Source: Candidatus Wukongarchaeum yapensis (GTDB lineage Archaea > Asgardarchaeota > Wukongarchaeia > Wukongarchaeales > Wukongarchaeaceae). Taken from it: a stretch of DNA of 6,519 nt. Every line of letters starts with the position of its first letter. Position 1 is the first letter of the stretch. The notes beneath the pieces are model-generated. The model did no database searches. It was not told the DNA's origin and was given only the letters and a program-made list of their open reading frames with translations. A program made the position numbers and the translations under genes. The DNA lies in assembly GCA_016840425.1 (NCBI GenBank), contig JAEOSI010000131.1, forward strand, positions 1 to 6,519, in the 5' to 3' direction. This document shows, piece by piece, positions 1 through 5,683 of this stretch.

Positions 1-3
1 AGT

Positions 4-444
4 TTAAAGTCTCTTTTGCATCTTCCAATGATTTATGCTTTCAAACAATGTATAAGTTCTTTTTACTGTTTTGTAATAGTGTTTTTTATAGAATTTTACT
101 GCTTTTTCTCTTGCATTTAATACTATATGTTCTGCGCCTTTTTCTTTTGCTCTTTTTTCTAGTTCTTTTAAAATTAGGCTCCCAATCCCTTTTCTTCTGT
201 ATTCTTCTTCGATGGCCATGTATCTTATTTGTGCTTCTTTTTCGGTGTTAAAATGAAGTCTTCCGACACCGACGATTTTACTGTCTATACAGGCCATGAT
301 GTGGGTGGCTTCTTTTTCTCGTTCGTCTTTTTCGCTCCCCTTTGGTTGTTTCCATGGTTTTCTGAGGATTTTCCATCTTAGTTCGTAGTATTTTTTGAAT
401 TCTTGTTTGGTTTGTGGTTCGCAAATTTTAATTTCTATAAACAT
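4..444 (-). CDS. GNAT-family N-acetyltransferase, 146 aa (ElaA/YiiD-N-terminal-like)
   Basis: Acetyl-CoA-binding motif A 'QIRYMAIEEEYRRKGIGSLIL' (R/Q-x-x-G-x-G) and motif B 'IVLNAREKAVKFYKK'. The N-terminal 'YELRWKILRKPW' is typical of this subfamily. No SD; a TATA-like box lies 26 nt upstream of the ATG, consistent with a leaderless mRNA. Confidence 0.9.
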   Translation of the reverse strand: MFIEIKICEPQTKQEFKKYYELRWKILRKPWKQPKGSEKDEREKEATHIMACIDSKIVGVGRLHFNTEKEAQIRYMAIEEEYRRKGIGSLILKELEKRAKEKGAEHIVLNAREKAVKFYKKHYYKTVKRTYTLFESINHWKMQKRL

Positions 445-463
445 ATAAAATCACAATAATAAC

Positions 464-470
464 TTTAATA
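464..470. promoter_or_regulatory. Putative bidirectional TATA-like box
   Basis: TTTAATA on + (35 nt before GTG 499). The same bases read TATTAAA on -, starting 26 nt before the GNAT ATG at 444, which is archaeal TATA spacing. Confidence 0.4.
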
Positions 471-498
471 TTTTGACAGTGTTCTCGGGGTTTATTTT

Positions 499-597
499 GT
501 GGTATCGATAGCTCGGAAGAATTTGTTTCATGATAAGGGGCGTTTGGCGTTTACTTTGGTTGGTATGGTAATTTTGTTTTTTTTTTGGGTAACTTGA
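499..597 (+). pseudogene. Truncated 5' remnant of an ABC transporter permease (FtsX/MacB/DevC-like)
   Basis: SD-like GGGGT at 487-491 and GTG at 499. The frame reads MVSIARKNLFHDKGRLAFTLVGMVILFFFWVT*, matching the typical 'M(V)SIARKNLxxxKxRxxxTxxG' N-terminus of these permeases. It passes through a T10 run (577-586) and stops at TGA 595-597. No continuation is recognisable in other frames. Confidence 0.6.
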
Positions 598-607
598 CTC
601 TCGGCAT
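551..607 (-). pseudogene. Possible 5' remnant of an AbrB/MazE/SpoVT-like gene (speculative)
   Basis: On the minus strand: GAAAAAAG-TTAAAAG (649-635, BRE/TATA-like), SD GGAGTGAT (616-609) and ATG at 607. It reads MPRVKLPKKKTKLPYQPK*. With one extra base in the A10 run it reads MPRVKLPKKKNKITIPTKV, resembling the AbrB 'VKxxxKGQITIP' start. Confidence 0.22.
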
Positions 608-753
608 TATCACTCCGCAGATGTTATCTCCTTACTTTTAACTTTTTTCAGACTTTTTCGGTTATTTATTCGCAAGCATTATTTTATTTCGCCCAACCAT
701 ACAATCGGTTTTCTTTTCCGTCAAGATTTCTTAAAGGTATTAAAAGTCATGTT

Positions 754-1074
754 TTAAGTAATGTACTCTAGTTTTTCAATTTCAGCAGGTTTTTGTGTTT
801 TTATTTCGCCATATTGTTCCTCATAATCCTCTACATGCCGTTTAAGCCATAACATGACTTTTTTAGCTGCGAAAGGCGATAAAATAACCTCCACTTTAAA
901 ATCCCGATCTATAACTATTTTCTCTCCAGGAATTGATTCTTCCAAATTTACAGATTCATTATGAAAAGCTATGCGGAAGTCAAAGGGTGTGTGACCGCCT
1001 TGAATACCTGTGGCATAAACTTGTTTAAAATCAGCATTTTTTGAAACTTGGATTTTTGTCGTAAACTCGCTCAT
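754..1074 (-). CDS. DUF3467-like small protein, 106 aa
   Basis: The pattern 'VYATGIQGGHTPFDFRIAF...VILSPFAAKKVMLWLKRHVEDYEEQYGEI' resembles DUF3467 (VYxN...F.LDF...(V/I)xxSPxxAKxxxxxLxxxxxxYExxFGEI). SD AGGGGGT at 1090-1084, 9 nt before the ATG. Confidence 0.75.
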   Translation of the reverse strand: MSEFTTKIQVSKNADFKQVYATGIQGGHTPFDFRIAFHNESVNLEESIPGEKIVIDRDFKVEVILSPFAAKKVMLWLKRHVEDYEEQYGEIKTQKPAEIEKLEYIT

Positions 1075-1123
1075 AAACTATTAACCCCCTTATTTTTTTC
1101 TTTATTTAAGAATGTTAAGAGTG

Positions 1124-1137
1124 TTAAGTCTACTTAA
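1124..1137. promoter_or_regulatory. Inverted repeat TTAAGT-CT-ACTTAA, candidate operator in a divergent promoter region
   Basis: Perfect 6-bp arms with a 2-nt spacer, nested in GTGTTA(1121-1126)...TAACAC(1138-1143). A direct repeat TGTTAAG occurs at 1113 and 1122, and an AT-rich TATA-like tract at 1101-1110. Confidence 0.35.
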
Positions 1138-1143
1138 TAACAC

Positions 1144-1298
1144 CGAAGGTTAGCTCTAGAAGAGGGTAATAGGTAGAACCGTCTGCGTTTATCAAGAACT
1201 AGTTGAGAATGGTGTAGGTGTGCATAACGCTCTATGGGCATTCTTTATACGCCTTCTTTTCCATCCCTCTTTGGATCTACCTCTTCTGAGGATCTTCG
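1144..1298 (+). ncRNA. Candidate structured RNA of unknown family (~155 nt long irregular hairpin with a branched inner domain)
   Basis: Helices found by hand: 1144-1151/1291-1298, 1154-1156/1288-1290, 1158-1164/1281-1287, 1173-1180/1273-1280 (one A.A mismatch), 1185-1188/1249-1252, 1192-1195/1203-1206, 1207-1211/1239-1243, 1213-1217/1232-1236, 1218-1221/1227-1230 with loop GCAUA. GC is 69/155 (~45%) versus 17/69 (~25%) in 1075-1143. Five G.U pairs form on + only. Followed by T5 at 1302-1306. Confidence 0.5.
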
Positions 1299-1301
1299 AT
1301 A

Positions 1302-1306
1302 TTTTT
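1302..1306 (+). terminator. Possible oligo-T terminator closing the structured element
   Basis: TTTTT begins 4 nt after the outer stem. Weak on its own, and TTTTTAAAT could equally be a TATA box. Confidence 0.2.
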
Positions 1307-1330
1307 AAATTAGCAAAGCCGTGCCGGCGA

Positions 1331-1346
1331 TATAAAAGTTTTTATT
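1331..1346 (+). promoter_or_regulatory. Putative BRE/TATA promoter of the P-type ATPase
   Basis: TATAAAAGTTTTTATT (purine run AAAAG then TTTTTATT), about 85 nt upstream of the start. SD AGGAG at 1416-1420, 6 nt before TTG 1427. Confidence 0.4.
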
Positions 1347-1426
1347 CGTGTTTTTAAACTCTTAATGGTATTGGTGTTTTGAGCAGAGGATTGTAAAGAT
1401 CGGTTATTGTTTGGAAGGAGAAGTGT

Positions 1427-4180
1427 TTGAATAGTTTGTTTCATTCAAAAACTGTTGAAGAAGCATTGCAGGAATTATCTTCTAATATGGCTGGTCTTTC
1501 GAATAAGGAGGCGAGTATTCGTTTAGAAAAGTTTGGTATTAATGAGATACCTGAAGAAAAGAGGGAACATTCTTTTTTGATTTTTCTTAAACAGTTTAAT
1601 AGCGTTTTGATTTATATTCTTCTTGTTGCTGCTGTTATTTCGTTTTTCTTTGGGGAGATAATCGATGTTTATGTGATTATTGGCGTCATTTTGATTAACG
1701 CTACGATAGGGTTTGTTCAGGAGTTTAGGGCTGAGCAATCGATTCAAGCGTTAAAAAAGATGATTGAACTTTATGCGAAAGTTTATCGGGATGGAGAATT
1801 GTTCCAAGTATTTGCAAAAGAATTGGTTCCTGGCGATGTTATTTTGTTAGAAGAAGGGGATAGTTGTCCTGCTGATGCGAGACTTCTAGAGTTAAAAAAT
1901 TTTAGGACCGTGGAAGCGTCTTTAACCGGTGAATCATTGCCTGTTGTTAAAGATGTTAAAGTTTTACCTGAAAAAACTTCTTTGGCTGATCGTAAGAATA
2001 TGGTGTGGATGGGTACTTTTGTTGCAAGCGGGCAGGCTAAGGCTGTTGTGACGGCTACGGGAATTGAAACAGCAATCGGTAGAGTAGCGCAAGAAATAGA
2101 AAAGATAGAAAGGGTAAGAGGGCATTTTGAAAAAAAGATAGGCACGCTAGCAAAGCAAATGGGCGTTATTGCAACTTTCGCCGCATTTTTAACGTTCTTT
2201 GTTGGTTTTTTTGTTAGGGGGTTGGAGTTTGAAGAAATTTTCCTTTTTACCATAGCTTCTCTTGTCTCTGGGATTCCGGAAGGGTTGCCTGTGGTTCTGG
2301 TGATTGTGCTTGCTATTGGCGGGCATAGGATGGCGAAAAGGAATGCTATTGTTAGAAAGTTGCCGGCAATAGAAACACTTGGTGTAGTAACGGTTATTGC
2401 GACAGATAAGACGGGAACGCTCACGCAGAATACTTTGAGTGTTGAGAAGATAATTTTGCCGGGTAAGGATGAGATCACGGTATCGGGAAGTGGTTGGATA
2501 CCTTCAGGAATTTTTTACAAAAAAAATGTGACTATCTTTCCTCGGGAAGATCCTCATTTATCAAAGCTTTTGCATATTGCAGCTGTTTGTAATAACGCGC
2601 GGGTTTTAAAAAAGGAGGAGGATTATGAGATTATCGGGGACCCTACTGAAGCTGCACTTGTGGTACTTGCAGAAAAAGCTGGGTTGGAAAAAGGGGTAGT
2701 ACGGGAGAAAGAAAAAAGAATAGATGATTTGCCTTTTAGTCCAGAGTTGAAGTATAGAGCATCACTTGTAGTAGTTTTAGAAGAAGATGATTTGCCTTTT
2801 AGTCCAGAGTTGAAGTATAGAGCATCGCTTGCAGTGCTTTTAGACGAAAGTAAAAAGAGAGAAATTTATGTTGTAGGAGCTCCTGAGATTGTTCTTAACC
2901 ATTCTGAACATGTTCTTAAAAATGATATGTATGAGAAAATAACTCAAGAAGAGAGTGAAAATATTTTAGCGCAAATAGAATATTTAACAGAAAAAGGGTT
3001 GAGAGTGCTTGCTTTAGCTTATAGAGGGGTTCCTAGTTCTTTGGATTACTTATCAGAAGATTTCGTTAATGAGCTTGTTTTTGTGGGTATTGTTGGTATG
3101 AGGGATCCTCCAAGGCCAGAAGTAAAAGGAGCGATTGCTAAAGCTAAGAAAGCTGGAATTCGGGTTGTTATGACGACAGGAGATCATAAAGGTACAGCTG
3201 TTGCAATTGCTAAAGAAATCGGTCTTATCGATGAGAAAACAGGAAGTAAATATCCTGAAGCTCTTACAGAACAAGAGTTATTAGTGCTGTCAGAAGAAAG
3301 TTTTGAAGAAATGGTGAGAAATGTTTCTGTTTTTTCTCGTTTAACACCAAATATGAAGTTAAGAATCGTTGAAACTTTACAGGAACAGGGACATGTTGTG
3401 GCAGTGACGGGGGACGGAGTTAATGATGCACCAGCATTAAAAAAAGCTGATATTGGTATTGCGATGGGGTTAATTGGCACTGATGTTGCAAGAGCGTCCA
3501 GTGAAGTTGTTCTTGCTGATGATAATTTTGCTTCTATTGTCGATGCAATAGAACAGGGAAGAATTGTTTTTGTAAACACTCGTCAGGCGGCCACTTTTCT
3601 TGTCACTACTAATTTTGCAGAAGATTTGACTATTATTGGTGCATTGCTTCTTGGTTTGGGTTTGCCCTTATTAGCTACTCAGATATTATGGCTCAATTTA
3701 GTTACAGATGGTGTTTCTGATGTTGCTTTAGCCACTGAACCAGGTCACGGTAGTGTTTTAAACGAGCCTCCACGAAAAAAAGAGGAAAATGTTTTATCAA
3801 AAGAGATAATCCCATTTCTACTTTTAATGGTTTCCATCATGGTTATTGTTACATTAGCTATTTTTAATGCTTATTTACCACAAGGAAAAGAAAAGGCTCG
3901 AACAGGGGCCTTTGTCGTTATGGCGTTTACGCAGCTTTTTAATGTTTTGAACATGCGTTCGCTTAGAAGTTCTGTTTTTAGTATAGGATTTTTTAGCAAT
4001 AAGAACATTGTTGCATCTCTTTTAACTTCAATTATTCTTCTCTTTATGATAATCTACATACCTTTTTTCCAAGAAGTATTTGGATTTAAATCGTTGAGTC
4101 TGATCGAATTATTAACAATAGTCCTTCTTTCATCTTTGGTTTTCTGGTTTGGCGAGTTATATAAGTTTGTGCACAAATGA
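1427..4180 (+). CDS. Cation-transporting P-type ATPase, type IIA (SERCA-like, probably Ca2+ or related cation), 917 aa
   Basis: TGES (T167), IPEGLP (E285), phosphorylation motif DKTGTLT (D327, nt 2405-2425), GDPTE, DPPR, MTTGD and TGDGVNDAPALKKADIGIAMG. M5 'TTNFAED' and M6 'WLNLVTDG'. Type II N-terminal 'GLSNKEASIRLEKFGINE'. TTG start with SD. Confidence 0.96.
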   Translation: MNSLFHSKTVEEALQELSSNMAGLSNKEASIRLEKFGINEIPEEKREHSFLIFLKQFNSVLIYILLVAAVISFFFGEIIDVYVIIGVILINATIGFVQEFRAEQSIQALKKMIELYAKVYRDGELFQVFAKELVPGDVILLEEGDSCPADARLLELKNFRTVEASLTGESLPVVKDVKVLPEKTSLADRKNMVWMGTFVASGQAKAVVTATGIETAIGRVAQEIEKIERVRGHFEKKIGTLAKQMGVIATFAAFLTFFVGFFVRGLEFEEIFLFTIASLVSGIPEGLPVVLVIVLAIGGHRMAKRNAIVRKLPAIETLGVVTVIATDKTGTLTQNTLSVEKIILPGKDEITVSGSGWIPSGIFYKKNVTIFPREDPHLSKLLHIAAVCNNARVLKKEEDYEIIGDPTEAALVVLAEKAGLEKGVVREKEKRIDDLPFSPELKYRASLVVVLEEDDLPFSPELKYRASLAVLLDESKKREIYVVGAPEIVLNHSEHVLKNDMYEKITQEESENILAQIEYLTEKGLRVLALAYRGVPSSLDYLSEDFVNELVFVGIVGMRDPPRPEVKGAIAKAKKAGIRVVMTTGDHKGTAVAIAKEIGLIDEKTGSKYPEALTEQELLVLSEESFEEMVRNVSVFSRLTPNMKLRIVETLQEQGHVVAVTGDGVNDAPALKKADIGIAMGLIGTDVARASSEVVLADDNFASIVDAIEQGRIVFVNTRQAATFLVTTNFAEDLTIIGALLLGLGLPLLATQILWLNLVTDGVSDVALATEPGHGSVLNEPPRKKEENVLSKEIIPFLLLMVSIMVIVTLAIFNAYLPQGKEKARTGAFVVMAFTQLFNVLNMRSLRSSVFSIGFFSNKNIVASLLTSIILLFMIIYIPFFQEVFGFKSLSLIELLTIVLLSSLVFWFGELYKFVHK
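2723..2848 (+). repeat. In-frame 63-bp (21-aa) tandem duplication inside the ATPase N-domain
   Basis: 2723-2785 encodes DDLPFSPELKYRASLVVVLEE and 2786-2848 encodes DDLPFSPELKYRASLAVLLDE. 58/63 nt are identical; the first 41 nt match perfectly and all 5 differences fall in the last 22 nt. Confidence 0.97.
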
Positions 4181-4201
4181 ACTTTAGTAGAAAACTTGGT
4201 T

Positions 4202-4552
4202 TTAAGCTTTTAGGAGGTCTTTTATGCCTTCAATGGTTATTTTTATGTCGAAAAAGATCATGCCTAGCTTTGCGTCGGCTGGAGCGATGAGGATTAAAAC
4301 AGCTTCCGGTCCTGCGTCCATGGTGATCGTGAGCCCTTCTGCTCCTTTGATTATTATTTGTTCTACTTCGCCACATTTTAATATGCTGCCAACTCTTGTA
4401 CCTAAAGAGAGCATGCCTGCGGACATGGCGGAAATAGCATCTTCGTCGATATCTCCTGGCAATTTGCTTGCCATCATTAAACCTTCTTTAGAAACAATAG
4501 CACTGGCCTTGATTTCGCTCCGCCTCTCCAGCTCAGTCAATAATTCTCCCAA
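4202..4552 (-). CDS. Roadblock/LC7 (MglB-like) domain protein, 116 aa from TTG 4552; true start may be ATG 4580 with a 1-nt frameshift
   Basis: 'IKASAIVSKEGLMMAS...ISAMSAGMLSLG...GEVEQIIIKGAEG.......AGPEAVLILIA...AKLGMIFFDIK' is the canonical Roadblock/LC7 pattern. The upstream in-frame codons SISERAKK extend helix 1. An SD (AAGGGAG) with ATG at 4580 is out of frame by one base. Confidence 0.88.
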   Translation of the reverse strand: MGELLTELERRSEIKASAIVSKEGLMMASKLPGDIDEDAISAMSAGMLSLGTRVGSILKCGEVEQIIIKGAEGLTITMDAGPEAVLILIAPADAKLGMIFFDIKITIEGIKDLLKA

Positions 4553-4670
4553 TTTTTTTGCTCTTTCAGAAATCGAACATCGACTCCCTTAAAGTTGTTA
4601 CGCCCTTAGTTTCTTAAGGTGAACTGGCTTTTCTTAATTTCTAAATATAAATAAGACTATTTATCATTTT

Positions 4671-4787
4671 GTGTTGAGAAAAATAAAAAGAGTTTTAATA
4701 TTATTGACTTTGTCCGTAGTAGGTCTTAAAGGAATTAATTCTTGTTTACCTGAAGCGCTTAAAGCCTTTGATGATCTAAATAGATGA
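4671..4787 (+). other. Possible 38-aa small ORF or gene remnant with a signal-anchor-like N-terminus
   Basis: GTG/TTG start; MLRKIKRVLILLTLSVVGLKGINSCLPEALKAFDDLNR* (basic n-region then hydrophobic stretch). TAAATATAAATA at 4642-4653 sits at leaderless spacing. No homology recognised. Confidence 0.18.
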
Positions 4788-4795
4788 GCAATAGT

Positions 4796-5467
4796 TTATG
4801 CCGTGTTGTTTGAAGTGCCTATATATTCTCCTATTAATATCCATGAGATATGGTGGTGAGTTTCACCTTTTGTTCGGAGTTCATAATATTCATGTTCGTA
4901 TAGTTTTTTGATTTTTAGAAAGGCAAAATCTTCGATTAGTTCTTCTTTGGTGCAGAAATGGAGATATACTCTGTCTTGAAAGGAGTTGGGTTCTTCGGGA
5001 ATAGGGGTGCCTTTTCCGTAGTGTTCGGGATCTTTTACTGATAGTGTGCTGAGGAATAGTAATCCGTTTGGTTTTAGTGTTCTCATAACTGCTTTTCTAA
5101 GTTCTTTTCTTTCATTCTTTTTCAGTAGTTGATATAAGTTTGAAATGAATACTATGTCGTATTTGCCTTTTTTAAGCTCTGTGAAATTGCAATGTTGAAA
5201 TTTCACGTCTTCTTTTTGCGACTGAGGGATTGCGTTTGAGGCGATATCTAGGGCTTTTTCTGAAATGTCTATTGCTAAAATCTTACATTTAAGATTGTTT
5301 AAAAAGTAGAATGTGTCACGACCATAGCCACAGCCAATATCTAGTAAGGTTAAGGTTTGGTGGTTTAATTCGAGTTTCTGCAAGTATCTAACTGTTGTAA
5401 TGGCTAGCTCGCTTGGTCCTTCTCCCCAAATACGCCCATTGTTTTCGTATTGATTGTCCCAAAACAT
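4796..5467 (-). CDS. Class I SAM-dependent methyltransferase, 223 aa; substrate unknown
   Basis: Motif I 'LLDIGCGYGRD', post-I 'ILAIDISEKAL', motif II 'KYDIVFIS' and motif III 'LKPNGLLFLS'. SD AAGGAG lies 7 nt before the ATG. Confidence 0.92.
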   Translation of the reverse strand: MFWDNQYENNGRIWGEGPSELAITTVRYLQKLELNHQTLTLLDIGCGYGRDTFYFLNNLKCKILAIDISEKALDIASNAIPQSQKEDVKFQHCNFTELKKGKYDIVFISNLYQLLKKNERKELRKAVMRTLKPNGLLFLSTLSVKDPEHYGKGTPIPEEPNSFQDRVYLHFCTKEELIEDFAFLKIKKLYEHEYYELRTKGETHHHISWILIGEYIGTSNNTA

Positions 5468-5609
5468 GTTTCATCTCCTTTTTTGCAAGCATTAACCTAC
5501 GTTTTGAAGTATGCAAAGGTTTTGCTAAATTTCTCCCACTTAAATGCATTTGCGTATAACCTAGTATGTATGAAATCCCTGTTATCTTCGGTTCTCGCTG
5601 TATTTTAGT

Positions 5610-5625
5610 GAGGAAATTTTATATA
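5610..5625 (+). promoter_or_regulatory. Putative BRE-TATA promoter for the membrane-protein gene
   Basis: GAGGAAA followed by TTTTATATA. SD-like AGGGGGT at 5668-5674 before ATG 5684. Confidence 0.5.
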
Positions 5626-5683
5626 TCGTTATCAGTTTTCAATCCTGTTATTAGTTTTCAATTCGATAGGGGGTTGTATATAT

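Noticed and set aside
48-251. + strand 67-aa ORF rich in F/L
   Set aside because: Antisense shadow of the Lys/Glu-rich GNAT gene; the hydrophobicity is an artefact of complementing A-rich codons.
1189-1228. Resemblance to the SAM-I riboswitch start (TTATCAAGA...GAG..TGG)
   Set aside because: Lacks GAGGGA-GGCCC, GCAACC, GUGC.AA and the closing GAUAA of P1, and the gene context is not sulfur metabolism.
1134-1241. - strand 35-aa ORF (MPIERYAHLHHSQ...)
   Set aside because: Short, with no convincing SD or homology; the base-pairing pattern explains the region better.
1144-1306. Structured element as a MITE, H/ACA guide, SRP/RNase P RNA or tRNA
   Set aside because: Terminal DNA-level inverted repeat is only 5 bp with no target-site duplication. 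The ATA after the stem has no pocket 14-16 nt upstream. No SRP helix-8 motif, no RNase P GAGGAAAGUCC, no cloverleaf. A MITE origin is not fully excluded without the rest of the genome.
1311-1330. TAGCAAAGCCGTGCC resembles the yybP-ykoY 3' end, and GGCGAT resembles the fluoride riboswitch 5' end
   Set aside because: No upstream GGGGAGUAG partner strand for yybP-ykoY, and no TCGCC or pseudoknot complement for the fluoride motif.
1523-3579. - strand ORFs 1523-1747, 1783-2478, 3053-3274 and 3184-3579
   Set aside because: All lie antisense within the ATPase, with no motifs or SD. Long antisense frames are common opposite conserved P-type ATPase genes.
4224-4592. + strand 122-aa ORF
   Set aside because: Antisense to the well-supported Roadblock gene; Ser/Ile/Pro-rich with no recognisable fold.
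5472-5474. Out-of-frame ATG directly after the methyltransferase SD
   Set aside because: It abuts AAGGAG with zero spacing. The in-frame ATG at 5467 has optimal 7-nt spacing, so no frameshift is needed.
5513-5551. Short palindromes GCAAA-GGT-TTTGC (5513-5525) and AAATGCATTT (5542-5551)
   Set aside because: Only 5-bp arms in AT-rich DNA, expected by chance; there is nothing to separate them from background.
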